From NCBI GenBank assembly GCA_965222375.1, contig CBDCTZ010000008.1:64001-128000 (forward strand): a stretch of DNA of 64,000 nt, given 5' to 3'. A program made the translations under genes and the position numbers. Below the pieces are notes generated by a model. That model saw only the letters and a program-made list of their open reading frames with translations. It did not search any database and was not told where the DNA came from. The stretch is from Polyangiaceae bacterium. Lineage in GTDB: Bacteria; Myxococcota_A; Polyangia; Polyangiales; Polyangiaceae. Shown in pieces: positions 46,646-55,615 of the stretch. Within the stretch, counting starts at the first letter, position 1, and each line of letters starts with the position of its first letter.

Positions 46646-48616
46646 ATGCGACGAGTGCGGCTGAGTGTTCGCGGGAAGATCATGGGCACGATCATCGCCG
46701 TCGCCATGCTGGTGCTGGCGATGGGCGCCTGGGCTGCCTACGACGCCGTGACCAGCACGGGCGGGCGCGGCGGCGCGGTGCTCGAGAAGCACTTCCTGCG
46801 CTACAAGGCTGGCCTGGCGAACTCTGGAACCCATGAATACGCCGTCACGCGCTTGGTGGCATCGGATCCGAGCTTGGCAGCAGCCCTGGAAGCGGGTGAA
46901 CCCCCTCAGGTCATCGAAGTCGCGAAGCGCGTCGTCGAGTCTCTCCAGGGCACGGTCGCTCCAGACATTCTCACCGTCTCGAATGCCACCGGGTCGACCT
47001 ACGTGGGCGGGGGCCTACGCCCCATCGCTGGCCCTGAATACCGCGCCTCGCGCCTGTTTTCGGACTTGCGCGAAGGCAAAGGCATTCGCGGCAAGATCGC
47101 GATGATCAAGGGCAAACCCTTCCGCGTCAGTGGCGCGCCCGTGAAGTCCGGTGGCCGCATCGTGGGCACGGTCATGTTGGGGCAGCGACTGGATACCTGG
47201 TTTCGAGATGTCGCGGCCAATAGCGGCTCCGACAAGCCCGAAAAGCAGCACCGCTTCTCTTTGGTCGCTGGGGACAAGGTGCTCGCCAGCGCATTGCCCA
47301 AGGACCAATGGGACGCCCTGGCCAAAGCCGCGGCCAGCCCCAAGGTTGCCAAGGAAGGCAAAACCAAGGTCCCGGTCTTGGAGTTCAACGGCAAGACCTG
47401 GGACCAGTGGCGAGAGCCCGTGTATGGCTACTACCGGGGTTCGGATCCCGACGTGACCCAAATCGGCACCTTGATCATGATCCGAACCCGTTCCCACCAA
47501 ACCGCCAAGATCCGTGGTGCAGTTGGGGGCATGGCGTTGGTCTTCGGGGTGGCGCTCTTGCTCGCCCTGATCGTGGGTTACGCCCTGGCAGTGCAGATCA
47601 CCCGGCCGTTGCGCAAGTACATCGTGGCGACGGAGGATCTGACCCGAGGCGAGGCCGATCTCACCAAACGGCTCGAGGTCGAAACCAACGACGAATTGGG
47701 ACAGCTCGCCGGCAACCTCAACCGTGTATTCGCCAAGACCCACAGCCTGGCCTCAGGTGTACAGAGAACCGCATTCCAGGTCGGCACATCCAGCGGCGAA
47801 GTCAGCAGCATCAGCAAGCAGATGCTCGACGGCTCCAAAGAGCAGGCGGGTCGGATCACCAGTTCCACCGCCGCCGTGACGGAACTCTCATCGTCGATCC
47901 AGCAGGTCGCCGAAAACGCAGCTGAAGCGACGCGCACCGCCAAGCAGAGCGGCGAGGCCGTGACCCGTGCCATCGCCCGGCTGTCGCAGATCCGCAAGAC
48001 CGTCGAGGATGCCGCGTCCCGCATCGCCACCCTGGGCGAGAGTGGCAAACGCATCGGCAACATCGTGGAGGTGATTCGCCAGATCAGCGAACAGACCACC
48101 ATGTTGGCGCTCAACGCCGCCATCGAGGCGGCCCACGCCGGGGAGCATGGCCGCGGATTCGCCGTCGTGGCCGATGAAGTGAGTTCACTGGCCAAGCGAA
48201 CCGGCCAGAGTGCCCGGGACATCGAAGATCTCATCGCCACCATCCGCGACCAAACCGGTGAAGCCGTGCGGGTCATGCAGGACGGCACCCGAGAGGTGGA
48301 AGAAGGTACTGGGCTGGTCGAGACCACACTCGCGGATCTGAAGATCTTGGTCAGCGTGATCGACGACACTGCGGCCGCCGTTCAAGAGCAGGCCATTGCC
48401 AGCGACGAAATCGCTCGCAACATGGACGCCGTGCAGCGCATCGCCACGTCTGTGCTCGCTTCGAGCGAGACCGCCGTCTCCCAGGGCGACAAACTGCAGG
48501 GCTTGGCCGAGGCGCTCGACCAGAGCGTGCGGGGCTTTCACATCGACCCAGAACAGGCCGCCATCGACGAGGCCGAACTCAAAGCGCTCCCGGCGCCCAA
48601 AGGAAAACCCGCATGA
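46646..48616 (+). CDS. methyl-accepting chemotaxis protein
   Basis: Two TMs, periplasmic domain, HAMP (ITRPL...DLTKRL...DELGQL), ALNAAIEAAHAGEHGRGFAVVADEV. Confidence 0.95.
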   Translation: MRRVRLSVRGKIMGTIIAVAMLVLAMGAWAAYDAVTSTGGRGGAVLEKHFLRYKAGLANSGTHEYAVTRLVASDPSLAAALEAGEPPQVIEVAKRVVESLQGTVAPDILTVSNATGSTYVGGGLRPIAGPEYRASRLFSDLREGKGIRGKIAMIKGKPFRVSGAPVKSGGRIVGTVMLGQRLDTWFRDVAANSGSDKPEKQHRFSLVAGDKVLASALPKDQWDALAKAAASPKVAKEGKTKVPVLEFNGKTWDQWREPVYGYYRGSDPDVTQIGTLIMIRTRSHQTAKIRGAVGGMALVFGVALLLALIVGYALAVQITRPLRKYIVATEDLTRGEADLTKRLEVETNDELGQLAGNLNRVFAKTHSLASGVQRTAFQVGTSSGEVSSISKQMLDGSKEQAGRITSSTAAVTELSSSIQQVAENAAEATRTAKQSGEAVTRAIARLSQIRKTVEDAASRIATLGESGKRIGNIVEVIRQISEQTTMLALNAAIEAAHAGEHGRGFAVVADEVSSLAKRTGQSARDIEDLIATIRDQTGEAVRVMQDGTREVEEGTGLVETTLADLKILVSVIDDTAAAVQEQAIASDEIARNMDAVQRIATSVLASSETAVSQGDKLQGLAEALDQSVRGFHIDPEQAAIDEAELKALPAPKGKPA

Positions 48617-49305
48617 CCCCAGACTTTTGCCGCACGCGGCTTGCTCTAGTAGCGCTGGCGGTGTGCGGGGCCACGGCGGTCAGTTGTGGAAGCGACGACG
48701 ACTCAAACCCGCCGGCACCTCCGACGCCCCCGACGATGAAAATTACCTCGCTCACGTCTGGTGGCGGCCCGCAGTGGAAACCCGGCGACGCCGACAACTG
48801 CGTCGAACGCGGCAGAGACGACAAGGGCACCGTCGTGCTCACCGTTGCCCTGACTGACTTCATCCTGCGCCCACCGAATACCTGCGCCGTGAGCGCCTGC
48901 GGCCAGCTGCGCCTGCGAATCGATCCCAGCGGCGAGACCGAAACGGCGCGCATCGACGCCGCCCAAACCGCCGTCGACGTGCCCATGGCCGACCTGCCAG
49001 ATGGCAGCCATGTCTTGCGCGCCGAGCTGTACTTCAACAGTGACAAAGCCGCGCTGGATGCCGACAAGAACCCAGTCGTCGACGAAGTCAGCATCGATCT
49101 GAAGCCCGTCGGCGGCTGCGGCGGAGCGACGGACGCGGGCACCGATGCCGCAAGCGATGCCGGCGCAGAGGGCGGAACCGATGCCGCTGTGGACGCCGCG
49201 ACCGAATCCGGCACGGATGCCGCCGCGGACGCCACCGCAGACACGGGCACCGACGCACTCCAAGAGGTCGGCACCGACGCCGCCAGCGACGCCAGCAGCG
49301 ACTGA
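48613..49305 (+). CDS. hypothetical lipoprotein with DAG/TDA-rich tail
   Basis: Lipobox AVSC; ATGA-coupled to the MCP gene. Confidence 0.78.
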   Translation: MTPDFCRTRLALVALAVCGATAVSCGSDDDSNPPAPPTPPTMKITSLTSGGGPQWKPGDADNCVERGRDDKGTVVLTVALTDFILRPPNTCAVSACGQLRLRIDPSGETETARIDAAQTAVDVPMADLPDGSHVLRAELYFNSDKAALDADKNPVVDEVSIDLKPVGGCGGATDAGTDAASDAGAEGGTDAAVDAATESGTDAAADATADTGTDALQEVGTDAASDASSD

Positions 49306-49331
49306 ACTGCGCGCGCGTTTCTGAGATTGGG

Positions 49332-49373
49332 TTGGGGGTCGAGCCCTGGGGCGGCGCTGGGGCCCTAATCTCG
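49332..49373 (+). repeat. dispersed bipartite 42-bp repeat, copy 2
   Basis: TTGGGGGTCGAG-N18-GCCCTAATCTCG; the preceding GAGATTGGG can pair with CCTAATCTC. Confidence 0.75.
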
Positions 49374-49648
49374 CGCTAGGGCGAGCCTGGGCGCAGGCGC
49401 AAGGGTGAGCGCGTGAGTCGGCGTGGGCGGTTGCACCAGCTGGGTCGCGACGCGTCAGCTCTTTAGCAGCCACCCATGCGAGCGGAAGGCGACCGGAAGG
49501 CGCGTGCGCGAGGGCGTGAGCGGGTGAGCCCGTGAAGCGCGAGCACGGTTGGGCCTCGCAGCATAGGATCGTCCACGTTGACAAGCGAGCAGACCCTCAG
49601 TGAAGACCGCGGATTGACTGCGAGGCGCAGGGCTCGGATCATCTTCGG

Positions 49649-50059
49649 GTGCAGGTGCGTCGGGCCCGGCCGTCGGATGCGGCGAGCGTTGTGCAGCTCT
49701 TGGTCGAACTCGGCTACGAAGCTGACGAGCCCGCGTTGGGCGAACGTCTACGTCGCGACGAGTCACTAGTGTGGTTGGCCGTACAGGATGCGGAGGTCAT
49801 CGGACTGCTGGCGGCCTACGTTGCCCCGTACTTCCCGCGCGGTGTCGAGCTGATGCGAATCACGGCACTGGTGGTGACCGCTCAGCGGCGCAGGAGCGGT
49901 GTTGGCAAAACCTTGGTCGATGCGGCGCGCGGGCATGCACGTCGATGCGGCGTGAGCGCACTGGAGGTCACGACGGACGAGCGCCGTTGCGCTGCGCACG
50001 GATTCTACGAAGCGCTGGGCTTCACGCACACCTCGCGGCGCTACTGGCAAGACCTATGA
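49649..50059 (+). CDS. GNAT family N-acetyltransferase
   Basis: ITALVV...RRRSGVGKTL and AHGFYEALGF motifs. Confidence 0.88.
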   Translation: MQVRRARPSDAASVVQLLVELGYEADEPALGERLRRDESLVWLAVQDAEVIGLLAAYVAPYFPRGVELMRITALVVTAQRRRSGVGKTLVDAARGHARRCGVSALEVTTDERRCAAHGFYEALGFTHTSRRYWQDL

Positions 50060-50107
50060 CAGCTGCACCACGAGACGGCATCTCCGCCGTCGTCAGCGCA
50101 GTCGGCT

Positions 50108-51349
50108 TCAAGCGGGTGGCAAAGCTCGTTTGGCAGGGCAGAGCAAAGCGAGCGCTTCGCGCAGCAGGACTTCGAGTTCCGGTTCAGTTCGGCGCTTTCG
50201 CAGTGTTTCCAGGGCATCTTTGACCTGCTTGCGCTTGAAGCCAGATCCGATCAGCGCCTTGGTAGCTTTCGTGTGGGTCTGGGCTTCGCGCCGCTTGCGC
50301 TCGATGTGCTCTTCGCCGAACTCACGCCGAGCGGCGTCGAGGTTGTGGGGCTTACACAGCAAGCAGAGGTTCTCTGCGGTGGGCGGACCGCCGCGGGCAT
50401 GCGGATCGACGTGTTCTAGAGTCACGTAACGCCGCTCGCTGCAGCGCCGACCGTGCGCGTCGACAAAGGTGCATTGTGACTCGTCGCGCTCCCACACCTC
50501 TCTAGCCACGGAAACCGGCACGTGTCGTGAGCCTTCTTTGAGTGGCCGGAGCTTGCGGGGCTTGTCGCTCACAGCGCCCTGTCGCCACTTGTCGCTTACA
50601 ACGCCCAGTCGGCGCTTGGTCTCCTTCGCGATCAGCTCGTCCAACGCGCGCTCGAAGAGCTCCCCCAGATTCCCCGGCGCGACAGCGTGGCTGAGCAAGT
50701 TCTGCACGTGCTCGAGCTTCGCGTGAAGCTCCGCGCTGGCCGTGAATTCCACGCGGTAGCTCTGTGCGGAGAGCGGCTGCACTCGGCTCCGCGCGCCGTC
50801 CGCTCGTTCGGGGGCAGCGCCATCCGCGGACTGAACGCCATCTACTCGCTGGCTCGTCGTAGGAGGTGGACCCGACTCAGAACCGCTTACGCCGGTCCCA
50901 GGACCGGTAGAATCCGCTCCTAGCGGAGTGATGCTCGGCAGCACATCCGACTTGGGAAACCATCGGGCGATCACTAGCTCGATTTCGCGGCGCGTCTTGC
51001 CTCGGGCTTCGGCGAGCAGCGGACCGGCGTTGTCTTCGGTTAGGTGCCCAGAGAGCAGAAACAGCCCGGTCAGGTGGATGGACCCGCTCGTCAATTCGTC
51101 GAGGATCTGCGGCAGCTCCCGATACAGACGCGCCACGCGCATTCGCTTCCGGGCCGCGTCCTCCGAGTAGCCGAGCCGCTGGATGCAGAAAGTGTAGAGT
51201 GAGGAGCAAGCCTCACGCAGGAACAGCCTTCGGCGGTCGACTTCCGCCAGGTAGGCAATGACTTCCGCGATCGCCCGACGCTCCTTCGAGCAGAGCACCG
51301 GGAGCCCCACGAGGAGTTGTTCGTTGCTGAGAGAGGCGAGAGTGTCCAT
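50108..51349 (-). CDS. HNH endonuclease (DUF222-like N-terminus, RuvA-CTD-like tail)
   Basis: VWERD..QCTF....GRRC......EHVDP.ARGG....ENL.LLCKPHN; tail ALIGSGFK. Confidence 0.88.
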   Translation of the reverse strand: MDTLASLSNEQLLVGLPVLCSKERRAIAEVIAYLAEVDRRRLFLREACSSLYTFCIQRLGYSEDAARKRMRVARLYRELPQILDELTSGSIHLTGLFLLSGHLTEDNAGPLLAEARGKTRREIELVIARWFPKSDVLPSITPLGADSTGPGTGVSGSESGPPPTTSQRVDGVQSADGAAPERADGARSRVQPLSAQSYRVEFTASAELHAKLEHVQNLLSHAVAPGNLGELFERALDELIAKETKRRLGVVSDKWRQGAVSDKPRKLRPLKEGSRHVPVSVAREVWERDESQCTFVDAHGRRCSERRYVTLEHVDPHARGGPPTAENLCLLCKPHNLDAARREFGEEHIERKRREAQTHTKATKALIGSGFKRKQVKDALETLRKRRTEPELEVLLREALALLCPAKRALPPA

Positions 51350-51758
51350 GTTTCTTTCGTAACATGGGGTTATTTACCTTCACTGCAGGCCCACAGTGGG
51401 CGTTTCGGCAATGCACCTGGCGACGAAGTCGTTTCGAAGCCGAAGCGACCTTGGGCTTCAATCTCGCGCGCGCACGGCACGCTTGAGTCGCTTGTGTCGA
51501 AGTTGAGAACGGCGCGGCCCAGAAACCCGTCAAGCACAAAGTGGGTCACAGGGGCAGAAATTCTTCGTCACTCGTGCGCGCACTTCGCGATTGTCCTCTG
51601 ACAACTTCGGCGTCGGCGCCCCGGCGGAGCTGCGGATGCGGCGGGCCCACCCAAGGCCCGCCCGCAGCGGAGCCCCTTACAGTTGGATCCACGCCAGTCG
51701 CCGGCGCGAATCCCCGCAACTCAGCATCTGGGTCGGCCGACAAGATGTCCCGCCCGGG

Positions 51759-53231
51759 CTCATGATTGATCAGATCTCAACAGGGCTTGTGCGAACTGGA
51801 AGCCGATCTCGTAGTCGAGGAGTTTGAAGTATCCGCGACCGAGAGTCTGCCAACCCGGCAGTCCGTTGTTTCTGAGGTGGCCACCCACCCGGGCGACTGC
51901 GTAGAGCGCTTCTTGCACTGTCTGTGGGAGTGAGGGCAGCTTCAGTTTCAGTTGCAGTAGCTGCAGCTGTATCGGGGTCAGGACTGCTCGCGCCGGGAGT
52001 TCTGGCGCTTCGCGCACGAGCGAGCGCATCAGAAGCAAGCGCCAAGCGACGGGAAGGAACACCGCCAGGGCGTTGCTCAGCGCGTGGTAGGACTCGAGTT
52101 GCCGTTTCTCGAGGGAGCAACCCTGCTTGAGGGTCTTGAAGAATTCCTCGATGACCCATCGGCTGCGATAGGTGTCGACCACTCGTTCGATGTCCTCGTC
52201 GGTGTCGATCGCTTCCGTGGTCAGAAGCACCCACTCGACGGGGGGCTCGTTCTCTGCTGGGCTCGGCTCCCAGACGCGCACCACGTTCAGCTCGATGGCG
52301 GCAGGACCCGTGCGGCATCCCTGAGGCCGTAGGACAGTGACCGTTCTTGCCGCCATCGCGACTTCTACCTCTCGAGCATTGCGTGGAGGATGCGTCTTGG
52401 CGGAGCGAGTCATGCAGGTTTCCGGCCGCTTTGAGATGAAGATCTTCCGAAAAACACGGGGCTCGAGCTGTTCCACCGCGGCTCGCAGACGGACGATGTC
52501 GTCGTCGTCATCCGTGGCTCGGTCCTGTGAGGACCGGATCACGAATCGAGCACCGAGTTCTTGCGCCTTCGCAATCACTTCGTAGATGTCCGCTTCACGG
52601 TCCATCACGTGCACGACCTCGGCGCCTGCACAGCGGACATGGACTGTCTCGAGCATCGCGGGCCAGCGCAAAGACTCCCTCTCCGAGTCCTCGCGCTTGT
52701 CCCGTGAGTGACGTCCCCGCCCGCCCTTGTGCTCGGTTCTGGCCCAGTGGCGCAGGTCGAGCACGCCAAGGGGAACACGCGATTCGCTGGGCAGTACCGC
52801 CAGGGCAGTGTGAGCGAAGAACCCCTGCGCCTTGCTCGATGTCGGCCCCAACCCGGCCCGTTTGCTCTTGCCTCCTACGGTCACCTCAGTGGTGTCATGC
52901 ACTACCAGGCACGGACCCGCCGCCTTTACCCGCTCCACCGTCGCACGAATGTGCGGCGCCAACACCTGCTTGGGCTTCACCTGCTCGTTGCGCAGGAATC
53001 GATACACACCCTCCAACTCAGATGCTGTGCTGGTGGCTCTCGGAAACCCGGCGTCCGGTGCCGCCATCACGGTTTCCGCCAACCACAAAAGCCGCTTCGA
53101 ACGACGCCGATCCCCCAGCTTTGCCCCGCAAAACTCCACAGATATCGGCTGCCTCATCCACTCGGTTGTTCCCATTCCCACGGTAGATCACACCTGCCAG
53201 ATCTTGGCAACGAGATGTGTATGATCATGAG
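51759..53231 (-). mobile_element. IS4-family (IS50/Tn5-like) insertion sequence, 1473 bp
   Basis: Imperfect 19-bp IRs CTCATGATTGATCAGATCT and CTCATGATCATACACATCT; 9-bp TSD CCGCCCGGG at 51750-51758 and 53232-53240. Confidence 0.95.
51760..53175 (-). CDS. IS4 family transposase
   Basis: LGDRRRSKRL N-domain; DDE residues in HDTTE, MDREAD and YRSRWVIEEFFKTLK (YREK). Confidence 0.95.
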   Translation of the reverse strand: MGTTEWMRQPISVEFCGAKLGDRRRSKRLLWLAETVMAAPDAGFPRATSTASELEGVYRFLRNEQVKPKQVLAPHIRATVERVKAAGPCLVVHDTTEVTVGGKSKRAGLGPTSSKAQGFFAHTALAVLPSESRVPLGVLDLRHWARTEHKGGRGRHSRDKREDSERESLRWPAMLETVHVRCAGAEVVHVMDREADIYEVIAKAQELGARFVIRSSQDRATDDDDDIVRLRAAVEQLEPRVFRKIFISKRPETCMTRSAKTHPPRNAREVEVAMAARTVTVLRPQGCRTGPAAIELNVVRVWEPSPAENEPPVEWVLLTTEAIDTDEDIERVVDTYRSRWVIEEFFKTLKQGCSLEKRQLESYHALSNALAVFLPVAWRLLLMRSLVREAPELPARAVLTPIQLQLLQLKLKLPSLPQTVQEALYAVARVGGHLRNNGLPGWQTLGRGYFKLLDYEIGFQFAQALLRSDQS

Positions 53232-53295
53232 CCGCCCGGGGTGGGCCTCCGTACAAAATCCGCGCAACTGAATCCGCAGTGTGCCGACCAGATTG

Positions 53296-55239
53296 GTCCC
53301 GGTAGGGACGGCCCTTTCGGACCGCCCCCCGGACAGAGCCCGGCGTGCGGATTTCCCGCACCGGGCTCCCACCTTTGGTCTACGGGCAACGAAAGCGCTG
53401 CGCTGGCCAAGGATGGACGATCTGTGGTTTCGGAAGAGGAAAGCGACGTTCGATGCGCTTTCTGTCCGGCACGGAAAGTTCGCCACGTTGGCTTCGCCGG
53501 CTGAGCTGGCGATACCAGGCATGACGCACGTGTGCGCGGACAGTTTTCAGGCCTCGTTCGTTGCCGGGCACTCCGTAGTAGTTGAAGTGCCCACCCAGGA
53601 CATCCACCAGCCAGCTATATGTTTCGGCCAGTGGAGCGTGCCGGCGCCATCGCAATTCCTTGCGGATTTCGATGAGCTTCGCTTGTCGTTTCTTCCGGGA
53701 GGTGCGCCTGAGCAACTGAAACCAGCCGCGTTCATCACGGGTGCAGGCGTGCGTGAAACCAAGAAAGTCAAACGTCTCGAGCTTGTTCAGCCCTTGTCGT
53801 TCGTTCCTGTTCCACGCTTGCCTGCCAAACGCAATGACCCGCGTCTTGTCCGGATGCAGCTCGAGACCAAACCGCGCCAAGCGCTCGGCCAAGGCCTTGC
53901 GCATCACGCGGACATCCCGCTCGGCCTGGAAGCACATGACCACGTCGTCGGCATAACGCACGATGTACATGTCACCGCGCGCTTGCTTCTTTCGCCAGTC
54001 ATGTGCCCAAAGGTCGAGCACGTAGTGCAGATAGATGTTCGCTAGAAGCGCGCTGATTAGGCCCCCTTGTGGCGTTCCCATCTCCACTGCGTGCAGTTCG
54101 CCATCCTTCATCACGCCTGCGCGCAACCACTTCATCAGCAGCCGCACCAGACGTCGATCCCCGATCCGGTGCTCGATAAACCGTTGCATCCAAGTGTGAT
54201 CGACACTGTCGAAAAACGCTCGGATGTCGGCATCCAGCACCCAGTTCACTTTCTTGCCGACTGCCACGGCGAGAGCATCCAGGGCTCGGTGCTGCGACCG
54301 GCCAGGCCGGTAGCCATACGAAAACCCCATGAAGCATGCCTCGTAGATGGGCTCCACCACCATCCGCACCGCACGCTGCAGGATCTTGTCCTCCAACGCT
54401 GGTATGCCAAGCGGTCGCGTGCGCCCATCTCCCTTTGGGATGTGGACTCGTCGCACCGGCTGCGGGTGGTAGTTTCCTCGGTGGACTCGGTTTTCTAGGT
54501 CGAGCAGGCGTTCGTCGAGACGTTCGCCATACTCCTCCCAGGTTACCCCATCCACTCCCGATGCCGCGCGCTTTCGAAGTCCTTCATAGGCCTCCTTCAG
54601 CAACGGCACCTTCACGTGACACAGCAGGTTGGTGAACTTCATCCTCCTTTTCTGCTTTGCTTTGTTTCCGATCCGCTCCAGGTACGTGGGCGTGCTTGTC
54701 CGGCGCTGAGTCCGGCGCACGTTTCGCTGGGCGGACTTCCCATTGGCCGCACTCCTTCCCTCCGCCGAGTCCCTGGGCGTTACCCGCAGGTTCCCCGGCT
54801 TCTTCGGTACTATGAGTGCGTCCGACTTCTCGGAAGCTTTCGCCAACGGATTGCGGCCTGGGCCTTCCCGCGGCTGCCTGCCTCTACTTCGGCGAGGCAC
54901 TTCTGAGATCTCCCGGTTCCCGTACAGAGGACATGTGCAAGCGTGCCCAAGTCTTCGACCCCGAGAGGACGACGGTGCCCGCGCCCACTGCATTGGGCAC
55001 CATCGCTTGGCCTTCCGCCGGTGGGATGGCGTCGGCTCCTCTGTTTCCCAAATTTTCGAGGCTCAATCCCCCGGCCCGCTTGCTCGACCCCCTACGCTTC
55101 GCCCACGGGATCACTCCCGCAAACGCAAGGGATGGTCTTCTCAGGGGTGGGCTCCTCCTGAGACAGGACTTGTGAAACTCGATCTTGGCTTTCATCTCCT
55201 TTCCTTCACCTGTTTTCCTCTGCCGGTCTCCCGGCGCTC
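53296..55239 (-). mobile_element. group II intron (IIB, probably bacterial class E-like), 1944 nt
   Basis: DV GAGCCCGGTGCGGGAAATCCGCACGCCGGGCTC, DVI ending CCCTACCGGGAC, 5' end GAGCGCCGGGAGACCGGC; boundaries supported by the empty-site homolog at 34208/34209. Confidence 0.9.
53380..54693 (-). CDS. ltrA: group II intron reverse transcriptase/maturase (no En domain)
   Basis: ASGVDG, RPLGIP, SYGYRPGRS, DADIRAFFD, GTPQG, YADD, FDFLGF and X domain. Start uncertain (ACG 54693 or ATG 54642). Confidence 0.92.
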   Translation of the reverse strand, partial: TPTYLERIGNKAKQKRRMKFTNLLCHVKVPLLKEAYEGLRKRAASGVDGVTWEEYGERLDERLLDLENRVHRGNYHPQPVRRVHIPKGDGRTRPLGIPALEDKILQRAVRMVVEPIYEACFMGFSYGYRPGRSQHRALDALAVAVGKKVNWVLDADIRAFFDSVDHTWMQRFIEHRIGDRRLVRLLMKWLRAGVMKDGELHAVEMGTPQGGLISALLANIYLHYVLDLWAHDWRKKQARGDMYIVRYADDVVMCFQAERDVRVMRKALAERLARFGLELHPDKTRVIAFGRQAWNRNERQGLNKLETFDFLGFTHACTRDERGWFQLLRRTSRKKRQAKLIEIRKELRWRRHAPLAETYSWLVDVLGGHFNYYGVPGNERGLKTVRAHVRHAWYRQLSRRSQRGELSVPDRKRIERRFPLPKPQIVHPWPAQRFRCP

Positions 55240-55615
55240 CCCACCCGCCCTGGGGCTATCTTGTCCCAGAGACGCCACGCCACGCTTTCCACAATCAGCC
55301 CTTGGCAAGGCGAGCGCCACGGCGATGGCGCCGCGCCCTTCGTCACCCCTTGCGCGGCAGGCTCTCGGTCCTCGTCGGATAGCAAGGTCCGGGGCCCGAC
55401 GGTCGTCGCTCGCTGGCGGGGCTGGACTCGCGCTCTCTAACCCGACGACCCTGATCGCTCGCCTTGGCGCCGCGCGACGGCGGATGGACTCGGTCCACGG
55501 GCGCCTCCGTCTCTGCGACACCGTCGCCGCGTTCCGGAGCGCCACGTACGACGACCTCTAGCAGCTCACCGAGGACGTTGTGCTGGCGTAGGCAGCTGCT
55601 CAAAAACCAACGACG

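Noticed and set aside
53213..53231. Nextera/Tn5 adapter contamination (ATACACATCT)
   Set aside because: Several of positions 3-9 differ from the mosaic end, and it pairs with a second IR and a perfect 9-bp TSD, so it is a real IS end.
2137..54693. Diversity-generating retroelement (FGE/C-lectin-fold gene plus an RT in the same window)
   Set aside because: The RT is embedded in group II intron DV/DVI structure, and I saw no TR/VR pair differing at adenines.
54884..55195. 103-aa ORF with AGGAG-ATG inside the intron 5' region, and extension of the RT ORF to 54993
   Set aside because: Both overlie intron RNA domains I-III and have no protein-like features.
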